Below, piece after piece: positions 53,613 to 63,900 of a stretch of 64,000 nt of DNA. Position numbers and translations under genes: made by a program. The notes under the pieces are model-generated. The model saw nothing but the letters and a program-made list of their open reading frames with translations. It was not told where the DNA came from and made no database searches. Source of the DNA: a virus; IMG/VR virus record IMGVR_UViG_3300043427_002369, positions 1 to 64,000 of that record; one strand, written 5' to 3'. Each line of letters starts with the position of its first letter. Position 1 is the stretch's first letter.

Positions 53613-55652
53613 ATGGTATTACAAAGCAGCGGCGCTATTAGCTTATCTAATATTCAAACGGAATTTGGAGGAACTAATCCGATTTCAATCAGTGAATATT
53701 ATGCTGCAGCTGCAGGTGTTCCTTCTAGTGGGGCTATAGATTTTAGTGATTTTTATGGGAAGTCTTCGACTCCAGCTCCAGCAACAGGAAGAGGTCTTTT
53801 TGCAGGAGGTTATAATACACCAACACCTACTACGTCTATAACTTATAATATAATAGATTATGTCACAATATCAACAGCAGGAAACGCAACTGATTTTGGT
53901 GATTTAACTGTAGGACGCAGATATATTTCAGGATGTTCCTCAAGCACTCGTGCAGTTTTTGGTGGTGGTCAGGCGACTACCGTAGTTATCAATAACATAG
54001 ACTATGTCACAATAGCAACCACAGGAAATGCTATTGATTTTGGGGATTTAACCGGCGCAACTCGCTATGGATACGGATCATTTTCCAATAGCACTCGTGG
54101 AGTTTTTGGTAGCGGTCAGTCGGTCACGCCGGCGGTGGTGGTGTTAAACGTAATAGACTATGTCACAATAGCAACTACAGGAAATGCTACTGATTTTGGG
54201 GATTTAACTTTGGCACGTTCAGCTGCTTCAGGTTGTTCTTCACCAACTCGTGGAGTTTTTAGTGGTGGATTTGTTTCTCCAATTGCATATAATATAATAG
54301 ACTATGTTACAATAGCAACCACAGGAAATGCTATTGATTTTGGGGATTTAACTGCAGCACGCAGTATTATTAGTTCATGTTCTTCAAGCACTCGTGGAGT
54401 TTTTGGTGGGGGTGGATATTTAAACATAATAGACTATGTCACAATAGCAACCACAGGAAATGCTACAGATTTTGGTGATTTAAGCGGAGATCGGGTGGGT
54501 GCGGCCGCACCTTCCAATAGTACTCGCGGAGTTTTTGGTGGTGGAGCTACATTTATAACGCCAGCAATAATATACATTAACACAATAGAATACATTACAA
54601 TAGCAACCACAGGAAATGCTATTGATTTTGGTGATCTAAGTATAACGAGAGGGGATCTTGCAGGATGTTCAGACTCTCACGGCGGTCTCGATGGCGGCGG
54701 TGGTGGTGGCGGCGGGATTGGAAGAGGTGTCTTTGCTGGTGGCGGCATACTTCCTTCCACAGTTCTAAACACTATAGAATACATTACAATAGCAACAACA
54801 GGTAATTCTACCGATTTTGGTGATTTAACCGTAGCACGGAATGTGGCAGCATGTTCCTCAAGCACTCGTGGTGCATTTGCTGGTGGAGCAGTTGGCGCAG
54901 CACCAACAACAACATATTATAATAATATAGACTATATCACAATAGCAACGACTGGTAATGCTATTGATTTTGGTGATTTAACCGTGACAAGAAGCGGTTC
55001 TAGGGCTTGCTCTTCAAGCACTCGTGGTGTATTTGGTGGTGGTTTCTCTCCAACATTATATTTAAACACTATAGACTACATCACAATAGCAACAACAGGT
55101 AATACTATTGATTTTGGTGATTTAACCGCGGCTCGAACAGGTCTATCGGCATGTTCTTCAAGCACTCGCGGGATATTTAGTGGAGGCAACGCTGCTGCAC
55201 CTGCTATAACACCAGCAACATTCTATAATACTATAGAATATATAACTATAGCAACAACAGGTAATGCTACTGATTTTGGAGATATGCTCACAAGACGCAC
55301 ATCCCTATCGGCATGTTCTTCAAGCACTCGTGGATTATTTGCAGGAGGTACATCACCATCGCCAATAGCAAATGTATATTATAACATTATAGAATATATA
55401 ACAATAGCAACGACTGGTAATGCTACTGATTTTGGTGATTTAACTGTCCCGCGTGGATATTTTGGTGCATGTTCCTCAAGCACTCGTGGAGTTTTTGCTG
55501 GTGGATATGATATTCTTTCACCTGTTGTAACTTATAATACGATAGACTACATCACAATAGCAACAACAGGTAATGCTACTGATTTTGGTGATTTATCAGC
55601 ATTAATTTATTCATTGGACGGATGTTCAGACTCTCACGGGGGTCTAGCATAA
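53613..55652 (+). CDS. Putative fibre-tip adhesin: gp38-like N-terminal anchor + 2 x 6 Kelch-like beta-propeller repeats
   Basis: SGAISLSNIQTEFGG.NPISISEYY...SDFYGKS anchor; 12 repeats STRG.F.GG...N.IDY.TIATTGNA.DFGDL; each half ends CSDSHGGL. Confidence 0.75.
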   Translation: MVLQSSGAISLSNIQTEFGGTNPISISEYYAAAAGVPSSGAIDFSDFYGKSSTPAPATGRGLFAGGYNTPTPTTSITYNIIDYVTISTAGNATDFGDLTVGRRYISGCSSSTRAVFGGGQATTVVINNIDYVTIATTGNAIDFGDLTGATRYGYGSFSNSTRGVFGSGQSVTPAVVVLNVIDYVTIATTGNATDFGDLTLARSAASGCSSPTRGVFSGGFVSPIAYNIIDYVTIATTGNAIDFGDLTAARSIISSCSSSTRGVFGGGGYLNIIDYVTIATTGNATDFGDLSGDRVGAAAPSNSTRGVFGGGATFITPAIIYINTIEYITIATTGNAIDFGDLSITRGDLAGCSDSHGGLDGGGGGGGGIGRGVFAGGGILPSTVLNTIEYITIATTGNSTDFGDLTVARNVAACSSSTRGAFAGGAVGAAPTTTYYNNIDYITIATTGNAIDFGDLTVTRSGSRACSSSTRGVFGGGFSPTLYLNTIDYITIATTGNTIDFGDLTAARTGLSACSSSTRGIFSGGNAAAPAITPATFYNTIEYITIATTGNATDFGDMLTRRTSLSACSSSTRGLFAGGTSPSPIANVYYNIIEYITIATTGNATDFGDLTVPRGYFGACSSSTRGVFAGGYDILSPVVTYNTIDYITIATTGNATDFGDLSALIYSLDGCSDSHGGLA

Positions 55653-55655
55653 ATA
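55649..55655 (+). promoter_or_regulatory. T4-type late promoter ATAAATA
   Basis: Overlaps the adhesin stop codon. Confidence 0.5.
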
Positions 55656-55679
55656 TCATTAGACAATGATTTGAATTAT

Positions 55680-56528
55680 ATGTCATCAGAACTTAGTATT
55701 AATATTTCATCAATACATAAGGACCTTTCAACACTTCCACAAGAATACACTGGAATGTTGAGTCATATTAGAGAAGGTCTACCAGCAGTCGAAAGAGTCA
55801 CAGAAAACTTTTACAAGTCTGGTTCTCAGTTTAAAAATGTAACTCTGGATATTACTGATTTAACACCAATCAGTAGTGTTAAGCATATTCTTGCGTCTAT
55901 TAATAAAACCAAGATGGCACTTACTGAAGCTCAACTTGGAAGAAAAAAAACAGAGATCAATCTAAAAAAGAAACAAAAAGAACTCGAAACAATCGAAGAT
56001 GAATTCGATAGAGAACTTTGTCAAATTGAAATTATTGAAATGATGAGTGGGTTAAAGACCTCAGAAGATGTTATGAAAGGTGCGATCAGAAAACTTTCAT
56101 TTCTGATGACACAATATCAATCGGTTATGGATCATCTTGGAAAAGATCATTTAACCGAAGAAGATTACGAAAGAGAAGAAAGACGATATCATATTATGAC
56201 TGCATTTAAGCAAGCATTGAACTCATCTCGCCCAAGACAAGGTGTTATGGATGAAGGAAATTCAATTTATATGTTTGAACTTGGTATCAATGTTGGTCAC
56301 GCTCAAGCAGAAATTCTCAATTACCTTCGGATGGAACATCAGTTGTTCCAAGAAGGAAAGGTTCCAACTCACGAAATGACAATAAAGTGGTTAGAGGCTT
56401 GTGCGGATTTATTTGAAAATTGTCCAGAAAAATTTGCAGAAAGTCGTGGATTTAAAGTTTTAGATCAAAAATCATTAGCAGCACCAGAACCTTATAAATC
56501 AATCGAAGCATCAAAAACTGAGGAATAA
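55680..56528 (+). CDS. Hypothetical coiled-coil protein (282 aa)
   Basis: Track ORF 55671..56528; ATG 55680; long amphipathic helices. Confidence 0.8.
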   Translation: MSSELSINISSIHKDLSTLPQEYTGMLSHIREGLPAVERVTENFYKSGSQFKNVTLDITDLTPISSVKHILASINKTKMALTEAQLGRKKTEINLKKKQKELETIEDEFDRELCQIEIIEMMSGLKTSEDVMKGAIRKLSFLMTQYQSVMDHLGKDHLTEEDYEREERRYHIMTAFKQALNSSRPRQGVMDEGNSIYMFELGINVGHAQAEILNYLRMEHQLFQEGKVPTHEMTIKWLEACADLFENCPEKFAESRGFKVLDQKSLAAPEPYKSIEASKTEE

Positions 56529-56531
56529 ATT

Positions 56532-57296
56532 ATGTTTCATCTTGCTATTGGAACTCCAATGTATGGAGGTCAGTGTACTAGTGAATATACACAATCCGTT
56601 TTAAATTTAACAGAAGCAATTAACACAAGCGGCAATAGAGTAACTTCAATTTTTCTTGGAAATGAGTCATTAATTCAAAGAGGAAGAAATACAATTGCTC
56701 ACCATTTCTTAAATACAGATGCCACACATCTGATCTTTATTGATGCTGATATTAAATTCAGACCTGGCGACATCGCTAAAATGATCAAGGCAGATAAAGA
56801 ATTAATCATTGGCCCAGTTCCACTAAAAGGTATTGACTGGGAAAACGTAAGAATGTGTGCTCTTGAGGGAAAGGAAAATCTTTGGAAACAGGGTGGTGTG
56901 TTTAACATTAATCATCTTGATGGGCATTTTATGCAAGATGAAGAAGAACCTTTTGAAATTAAGCACGGTGGTGGTGCAATGATGCTCATCAAAAGAGAAG
57001 TATTTGAAAGTCTAATTCCACATACGGACACTTACATTAATGGTGGAGTGACAATTCCACAAGGAAAAGAGATTTATAACTTCTTTAGAGTTGAGATTAA
57101 CGAAGAAAAACAACTTTTATCTGAAGATTATTTCTTCTGCGAATCTTATAGGAAAATTGGTGGAAAAGTTTGGTGTGCTCCTTGGTTTGATGTGGGGCAT
57201 TTTGGATCTTACCTATTCTCAGGTAAGTATTCTGAAACTTTTAAACCAGAAATCACCAAGCCCAAGTCACCGCAGAATATCTTTTCCCAACTGTAA
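56532..57296 (+). CDS. GT-A fold glycosyltransferase
   Basis: IGTPMYGG, NESLIQRGRN, FIDADI (DxD), G.MLIKREVFE, LSEDYFFC, H.GSY. Confidence 0.85.
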   Translation: MFHLAIGTPMYGGQCTSEYTQSVLNLTEAINTSGNRVTSIFLGNESLIQRGRNTIAHHFLNTDATHLIFIDADIKFRPGDIAKMIKADKELIIGPVPLKGIDWENVRMCALEGKENLWKQGGVFNINHLDGHFMQDEEEPFEIKHGGGAMMLIKREVFESLIPHTDTYINGGVTIPQGKEIYNFFRVEINEEKQLLSEDYFFCESYRKIGGKVWCAPWFDVGHFGSYLFSGKYSETFKPEITKPKSPQNIFSQL

Positions 57297-57834
57297 CTTC
57301 TTTAACTTGATGTGGATACATAAAATTACTCGGGAACATAATAATGTCTCCACATCCAAGTTTTACTGCCTGATCTCCCCAGAATACTAACTCACCACCA
57401 GTATAATCATCATTAAAATTTAAAATGAAACTGAGAACTGGAATTCCTTTTTCGTTACCATCAAATATTGAATGAATATGGTCAAAGTGTTCTCTCATTA
57501 TTTGACCTTTTGAATAACGATTAAACCGAATATTGCAAAATTTATTCATAATTTGGCACATTCTTGGAATATCCAAATAAGCAAACTTTGAATTATAAAT
57601 TGCTCCCGCTTGAATGACATATGGAGTAAGAACTTGATTCAACTCTGGAGATGCAGTTTGTACATCCAATTCCATCGTTTCTTCGCTACTAGCATTGTTA
57701 CTAATAGGACTATGCCATTGATGGGGGGACCATTGATTTTCCTCTATTTGTTGAATAATATCAACGCATAAATCTTTTGGAATAAATTCTTTTTCCAAAT
57801 GAACATAATCTTTAATATTTTCGTATCTAATCAT
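57253..57834 (-). CDS. 2OG-Fe(II) dioxygenase, prolyl-4-hydroxylase-like
   Basis: HFD (HxD), LNFNDDYTGGEL, FPSNFMYPHQV, GKRYS. Confidence 0.88.
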   Translation of the reverse strand: MIRYENIKDYVHLEKEFIPKDLCVDIIQQIEENQWSPHQWHSPISNNASSEETMELDVQTASPELNQVLTPYVIQAGAIYNSKFAYLDIPRMCQIMNKFCNIRFNRYSKGQIMREHFDHIHSIFDGNEKGIPVLSFILNFNDDYTGGELVFWGDQAVKLGCGDIIMFPSNFMYPHQVKEVTVGKRYSAVTWAW

Positions 57835-58451
57835 TTTAGTGGAAGGTAAGTTAAGGATTCAATTTTACCAAGAGACTCTGTTTCAAATGTATTAAATGCA
57901 AGGCTAATTCTTGGAGTTGTAGATACATTTTCAGGGACACCATGATAAAGTGTTGATGGAAATAAAATAAGTTCTCCAGTTTCTAACGGGAGTAAAAATG
58001 TTTCTGCATTAAAATTATTATGATTTTTAATGGTGAATGAATACATTTCATTATTTTTGTTTCTAAATTCAATGGGTGGAAGAGTTTTGTTTATTTGAAA
58101 ATAAAATACTCCACTAACAATACTATTAGGATGCCGATGTTCGTGATGTTTTTTTCCATTGTCAGTAATATTTGCCCAAGATTGTGTAATTTTTAATTTA
58201 TTTGAGCATTCGAGGACATCATTAACGTAAAAATTAATTTGAGAATCAATAAATTCTCTGATATTTTTTAGTTGAGGGTTATCTAATAAAAAAGTATCAG
58301 AAGATTGTTTGCTATATATTTTTTGCGTTTCTGGAGTATTTAAATTATATTCTAAACTCTTTACATATTCCAATTCTTCAGACAAATCTTTTTCATATTT
58401 TGAAATAAGAACCGGAATTGGAAATAATTGTAGAAGTTCTCTATTTGACAT
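57831..58451 (-). CDS. 2OG-Fe(II) oxygenase-like protein (TIGR02466-type)
   Basis: LFPIP start; SWAN, HHEHRHPNSIVSGVFY, LILFPSTLYHGV, RISLAFN; ATG 58451. Confidence 0.85.
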   Translation of the reverse strand: MSNRELLQLFPIPVLISKYEKDLSEELEYVKSLEYNLNTPETQKIYSKQSSDTFLLDNPQLKNIREFIDSQINFYVNDVLECSNKLKITQSWANITDNGKKHHEHRHPNSIVSGVFYFQINKTLPPIEFRNKNNEMYSFTIKNHNNFNAETFLLPLETGELILFPSTLYHGVPENVSTTPRISLAFNTFETESLGKIESLTYLPLK

Positions 58452-58473
58452 ATATTTAAAGATACATATAGAA

Positions 58474-58502
58474 ATTATACAATATTCATATTGAATATGC
58501 AA
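58474..58502 (-). promoter_or_regulatory. sigma70-type promoter for the dioxygenase pair (TTGCAT-17-TATAAT)
   Basis: Reverse complement of ATTATA (58474-79) ... ATGCAA (58497-502). Confidence 0.6.
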
Positions 58503-58533
58503 ATTTTGAGGTTTAATTCATTATAAATCAATG

Positions 58534-58540
58534 ATAAATA
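58534..58540 (+). promoter_or_regulatory. T4-type late promoter ATAAATA
   Basis: Upstream of the second collagen-like fibre gene. Confidence 0.55.
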
Positions 58541-58595
58541 ACTAAAGCATTTTTTAAATTATATTAGTGAGTAAATATCCTAGGAACCGAAGAAC

Positions 58596-61500
58596 GTGGC
58601 ATATTTAAGTACTTTACTTGGGGCTAATTTCACTGGAGCACAAGGTACTCAAGGTGTCCAGGGAAGGCAGGGAACTACTGGCACTCAAGGAGCAGCAGGA
58701 ACACAAGGACTTCAGGGAATTCAGGGATCTTTAGGTCCTCAAGGAATTCAGGGAATTACAGGATCTCAGGGAGCAACAGGAACCCAAGGTCTTCAGGGAA
58801 TTCAGGGAACTATAGGTCCTCAGGGTATTCAGGGAACTATAGGATCTCAAGGTATTCAAGGACGTCAGGGTATTCAGGGAACTATAGGTCCTCAGGGTAT
58901 TCAGGGAACTATAGGATCTCAAGGTATTCAAGGACGTCAGGGTATTCAGGGAACTACAGGATCTCAGGGAACTACAGGTGCAACTGGTGCGACTGGATCT
59001 CAAGGAACTACAGGAACTACTGGAACTACTGGTGCGACTGGATCTCAAGGAACTATAGGATCTCAAGGAACTGCAGGCGCGACTGGCGCGACTGGATCTC
59101 AGGGAACTGCAGGATCTCAAGGAACTATAGGATCTCAGGGTATTCAAGGTGTTCAAGGTATTCAAGGACGTCAGGGTATTCAGGGAACCACAGGAACTAC
59201 AGGTTCTCAAGGAACTACAGGAACCACAGGAACTACAGGTTCTCAAGGAACTACAGGAACCCAAGGAACTACAGGAACCACAGGAACTACAGGTTCTCAA
59301 GGAACAACTGGATCTCAAGGAACAACTGGATCTCAAGGTGTTCAGGGTCGTCAAGGGACTACAGGTGCATCAGGAGAAACTGGTGCTACTGGTGCTCAAG
59401 GAACTACAGGTTCTCAAGGAATCCAAGGAATTACAGGTCCAGTAGCAGGTTCCGCAAATCAAGTTGTATATAAAGACGGATCTAATAACCCAACAGGTTC
59501 TAGTAATTTAACTTTTAATGGAACTGCACTTTATGCAAATCAAATTACTGGTCCAGCGGAACTTGTAATTGATCCAACGTCTATTGGAGATAATACTGGA
59601 GCAGTAAGAATTAAAGGTGATTTATATGTTGATGGTTCAAACTTCATAGTCAATTCATCAACAATTGAGTTGGCAGATTTTGTGGTTGGTATTGCATCTA
59701 CAGTAGCAACAAATGCACTTCTTGATGGAGCTGGTATTGGTATTGGATCCGTAGGAATTCGCAAGACAATTACTTGGAATAATACTGCAACCGCATTAAC
59801 ATCGAGCGAAGATTGGAATCTTGCTTCAGGTAAGCAATATAAGATTAATGGAACTTCGGTATTAACTTCAACAACACTAGGTTCTGGAGTTGTCAATTCA
59901 TCTTTAACTTCCGTTGGAACATTAGGTCTATTAAATGTTACTGGTATTGTTACTGCATCTAGATTTGTTTCTAATGTGGCAACAGGAACTGCACCATTCA
60001 CAGTCTCTTCAACGACTCTTGTATCTAATTTAAATGCCGATTTACTTGATGGGTTAAATTCCGCATCGACAAACACAGCATCAACTATTGTAGCAAGAGA
60101 TGCTTCAGGTAACTTTAGTGCTGGCACTATTAGTGCTTCGTTGACAGGTTCTGCTTCAAACAACGTGTTGAAAGCAGGCGACACGATGACAGGTCAATTG
60201 ATTTCAACTCTTGCAAATAATACTGCAACTGGTGGTGGTCAAATATACCTGAATGGGGCAAATGGAAATAGAATTGATTTTAATACAAATGGTGTTGCTG
60301 CTCCGACAACTACAACAAGAAGTGCTGGAACTAAGTTAGTTTTATGGCCAGGACTAAGTGCAACTAATGTTGATTATGCACTTGGTATTGATAGTTCTAC
60401 TATGTGGTATTCTGTTGATACTACTTCAGCACAATTTAAGTGGTTTGCAGGAACTAGTAATGTCGCCACTTTAACTGGCGCCGGAAACTTCAGTGCGACT
60501 GGAAGTATTACTGGAAATACAATCGTAAAATCTGGAGGAACTTCGTCTCAGTTCTTAAAAGCAGATGGATCTGTAGATACTAATACCTATATTACTTCTG
60601 CTTCTGTAGGCAATGGAACTCTGTCTTTAGCAGTTTCCGGAACTGGTCTTTCTGGTTCAGCATCATTTACTGCAAACCAAAGTGGAAATACAACTTTTAC
60701 AGTAACATCTAATGCAACTTCAGCAAACACAGCATCTGCAATAGTTGCTAGAGATGCTTCGGGTAACTTTACTGCGGGAACAATTACTGCAAATTTAACA
60801 GGAAATATAACAAATACAGTTACAGGAACTAATTCAACTGCACTAGTTTATGGTAATATGGCAGATAACGACCAATTTAGAATTTTAATTGGCGGAACTG
60901 CTTCTAATGCTGGATATGTTGAAATTGCAACAGCAGATGACGGAACTGAACCAATTTATGTAAGACAATATACGGGCGTATTTACAACACTTGCAAGAAC
61001 TGCCACACTACTTGATGGAAGTGGAAATACTAGTTTTCCTGGCAGTGTTACAGGAAATACAATCGTAAAATCTGGAGGAACTTCTTCTCAGTTCCTAAAA
61101 GCAGATGGATCCGTTGATTCTAATACTTATATTACTTCAGCTTCTGTAGGTAACGGAACTCTTACTTTAGGAGTTTCTGGAACTGGTCTTTCTGGTTCCG
61201 CATCATTTACCGCAAACCAAAGTGGTGCTACCACATTCACTGTAACTTCGAACGCGACTTCAGCAAACACAGCATCTGCAATAGTTGCTAGAGATGCTTC
61301 TGGAAACTTTACTGCTGGAACTATTACTGCTACAAGTTTCTCAGGTTCCTTAGCAAACACATTAACTTTAAATACCTCAGGAACTGGATTATCTGGATCC
61401 ACAACATTTAATAACTCTGGTGCAGCAACATTTACCGTAACATCTAACGCGACTTCTGCAAACACAGCATCTGCAATAGTTGCTAGAGATGCTTCCGGAA

Positions 61501-63866
61501 ACTTTACTGCTGGAACTATTACTGCTGCAACTTCATTTGTAAAATCTGGAGGAACTTCATCTCAGTTCTTAAAAGCAGATGGTTCTGTTGACTCCAATGC
61601 TTACATTACTTCTGCTTCTGTAGGCAATGGAACTCTGACTTTAGCAGTTTCCGGAACTGGATTATCTGGATCTGCATCATTTACGGCAAACCAAAGTGGT
61701 GCGACAACATTCACAGTAACCTCTAATGCAACTAATGCAAATACAGCATCTGCAATAGTTGCTCGTGATGCTTCGGGTAACTTTAGTGCTGGCACAATAT
61801 CAGCAGGATTATCCGCTTCTGCAGACGCGGCAATTGTCAATCAAAACAACGGAAACTCTGCTGCTTGGTATGGTAGAATTCTTTCTAAAAACTCAACCAG
61901 TGATAAAGCATCATTCTTAGGAACTTATGGTAGTATTGCTGGAGTTTTTGCACATAATAATGCTCTAAGTGCTTGGACGGATTTATATGTGAATACCGTT
62001 GATGGTGGAAGCAATGGTGGTACAGTAAGAATGCCCCCCTCCGTCTTAGTCAATGGAAGCCAAGTTTGGCACGCTGGTAATGATGGTGCAGGTAGTGGAT
62101 TAGATGCCGATTTAATTGATGGTATTAATTCCACTGGTTTATTCAATAATATGGGAGCTCTTCACTCTACAAGAAGTAGTTTTGATGCCACAACACCTTC
62201 TTATGATTTTGGTTTTAGATTTGTTCAAGGAAGCACCAATGGTCCAGGAACTTCTGGATCTCAATTCTATTCTTGGTATATTGGTCTAGGTTCTGAATAT
62301 GCAGCGACTGGTGCTGGTTCTTATGGAGCAATGTTTGCTGTTGATAGAAATGTCACCAACCCATATTTAACAGTTAGATATAATGAAGGAAATTCTTTCA
62401 CTTCCTGGTATAAGATCAGAGCAGGTGCTGCGGACCAAGTAATAAATTCAGTTACCTTTAATAACGGTGGTGCTGGTGGTGCATCTGGTAGCACATTTAA
62501 TGGAAGTGGTGCTTTAACAGTTTCTTATAACACAATCGGTGCATCTCCGTTAGCAGGTTCCACTAGTTTAACCACCACTGGTACTGTAACTACTGGTACT
62601 TGGTCTGGTTCTTTTGGTGCTGTATCTGGTGCTAACTTAACTAGTCTTACTGCAGGAAACTTAAGTGGAACAATACCTTCAGCAGTATTAGGTAACTCAG
62701 TTCACTTCATTGGCACTACTTCTATTGCACTAAACAGAGCATCTGCTGCTCAAACTTTAACTGGAGTAAATATTGATGGCAGTTCTGGTTCTTGTACTGG
62801 TAATGCTGCCACAGCAACTAGTGCCGACCAAATAGACGGAATTGCATTTAGAAATTCAAATAGCACATCAGCGATTAGTGCTCCAGATACATTAGATAGC
62901 AATGGAATTGGATATGTAACTAATATATCACTTTATAGCCAAACTGACGGTGCTTTATATGCACAAGCATATAGTGCAGCTTGGCAACATCAGATATATG
63001 GAGATTATAGAACTGGTCAAATAGCAATAAGAGGTAAAAATAATGGAACTTGGCAGGCTTGGCGTAATGTTCTCGATAGCACTAATTACACTACATATGC
63101 TGCTGCAAGTAACCATACACACGGTAATATTACCAATGCTGGTGCTATTGGTTCTGTAGCAAACCTACCAATTATTACAACAACAAGTGGTGTATTAACT
63201 ACTGGTTCATTTGGTTCAGCAGCAAATACTTTCTGTCAAGGTAATGATTCTCGTCTAAGTGATACTAGAAACACAACTAATAGCATTACGTTTAACAATG
63301 CTGGTGCTGGGGATGCCAGCGGAACAACTTTCAATGGATCCACCGCAAGAACAATTTCATACAACACAATCGGCGCATCTCCGTTAGCAGGTTCCACTAG
63401 TTTAACTACAACTGGCACCGTAACTAATGGTACTTGGTCTGGTACTTTTGGTGTCGTATCTGGTGCTAACTTAACTAATTTGACTGCAGGAAACTTAAGT
63501 GGAACAATACCTTCAGCAGTATTAGGTAACTCAGTTCACTTCATTGGTACTACTTCTATTGCACTCAATAGAGCATCTGCTTCACAAAGTTTAACTGGCG
63601 TAAGCATTGATGGTTCTTCAGGTTCTTGTACTGGCAACTCTTCTACTGCAACAACCTTACAAACAACAAGAACTATTTGGGGTCAAAACTTTAATGGTAG
63701 TGCCAATGTTTCTGGTGCATTGACTGGAGTAACTAATATAACTGCTACTGGCAACATTGCTGCCGATGGTGCATTCCGTGCAGAGTCTTCAGACTCTACA
63801 CAAAGATTTGATATTTACTATAATGAGACTACTGATAGTCTTGATTTTGATTATCTCACCGCATAA
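58596..63866 (+). CDS. Second collagen-like tail fibre protein (1756 aa) with internal domain duplications
   Basis: GTG start; Gly-X-Y ~58635-59438; NLNADLLDG, VLKAGDTMTG, WHAGNDGAGSGLDADLIDG and ATTLQTTRTIWGQNFNGSANVSG fibre motifs. Confidence 0.85.
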   Translation: MAYLSTLLGANFTGAQGTQGVQGRQGTTGTQGAAGTQGLQGIQGSLGPQGIQGITGSQGATGTQGLQGIQGTIGPQGIQGTIGSQGIQGRQGIQGTIGPQGIQGTIGSQGIQGRQGIQGTTGSQGTTGATGATGSQGTTGTTGTTGATGSQGTIGSQGTAGATGATGSQGTAGSQGTIGSQGIQGVQGIQGRQGIQGTTGTTGSQGTTGTTGTTGSQGTTGTQGTTGTTGTTGSQGTTGSQGTTGSQGVQGRQGTTGASGETGATGAQGTTGSQGIQGITGPVAGSANQVVYKDGSNNPTGSSNLTFNGTALYANQITGPAELVIDPTSIGDNTGAVRIKGDLYVDGSNFIVNSSTIELADFVVGIASTVATNALLDGAGIGIGSVGIRKTITWNNTATALTSSEDWNLASGKQYKINGTSVLTSTTLGSGVVNSSLTSVGTLGLLNVTGIVTASRFVSNVATGTAPFTVSSTTLVSNLNADLLDGLNSASTNTASTIVARDASGNFSAGTISASLTGSASNNVLKAGDTMTGQLISTLANNTATGGGQIYLNGANGNRIDFNTNGVAAPTTTTRSAGTKLVLWPGLSATNVDYALGIDSSTMWYSVDTTSAQFKWFAGTSNVATLTGAGNFSATGSITGNTIVKSGGTSSQFLKADGSVDTNTYITSASVGNGTLSLAVSGTGLSGSASFTANQSGNTTFTVTSNATSANTASAIVARDASGNFTAGTITANLTGNITNTVTGTNSTALVYGNMADNDQFRILIGGTASNAGYVEIATADDGTEPIYVRQYTGVFTTLARTATLLDGSGNTSFPGSVTGNTIVKSGGTSSQFLKADGSVDSNTYITSASVGNGTLTLGVSGTGLSGSASFTANQSGATTFTVTSNATSANTASAIVARDASGNFTAGTITATSFSGSLANTLTLNTSGTGLSGSTTFNNSGAATFTVTSNATSANTASAIVARDASGNFTAGTITAATSFVKSGGTSSQFLKADGSVDSNAYITSASVGNGTLTLAVSGTGLSGSASFTANQSGATTFTVTSNATNANTASAIVARDASGNFSAGTISAGLSASADAAIVNQNNGNSAAWYGRILSKNSTSDKASFLGTYGSIAGVFAHNNALSAWTDLYVNTVDGGSNGGTVRMPPSVLVNGSQVWHAGNDGAGSGLDADLIDGINSTGLFNNMGALHSTRSSFDATTPSYDFGFRFVQGSTNGPGTSGSQFYSWYIGLGSEYAATGAGSYGAMFAVDRNVTNPYLTVRYNEGNSFTSWYKIRAGAADQVINSVTFNNGGAGGASGSTFNGSGALTVSYNTIGASPLAGSTSLTTTGTVTTGTWSGSFGAVSGANLTSLTAGNLSGTIPSAVLGNSVHFIGTTSIALNRASAAQTLTGVNIDGSSGSCTGNAATATSADQIDGIAFRNSNSTSAISAPDTLDSNGIGYVTNISLYSQTDGALYAQAYSAAWQHQIYGDYRTGQIAIRGKNNGTWQAWRNVLDSTNYTTYAAASNHTHGNITNAGAIGSVANLPIITTTSGVLTTGSFGSAANTFCQGNDSRLSDTRNTTNSITFNNAGAGDASGTTFNGSTARTISYNTIGASPLAGSTSLTTTGTVTNGTWSGTFGVVSGANLTNLTAGNLSGTIPSAVLGNSVHFIGTTSIALNRASASQSLTGVSIDGSSGSCTGNSSTATTLQTTRTIWGQNFNGSANVSGALTGVTNITATGNIAADGAFRAESSDSTQRFDIYYNETTDSLDFDYLTA

Positions 63867-63880
63867 TATAAATATAAATA
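63867..63880 (+). promoter_or_regulatory. Tandem T4-type late promoters TATAAATA x2
   Basis: TATAAATATAAATA immediately after the fibre stop codon. Confidence 0.7.
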
Positions 63881-63900
63881 AATTTTTACTATTCTAAAAA

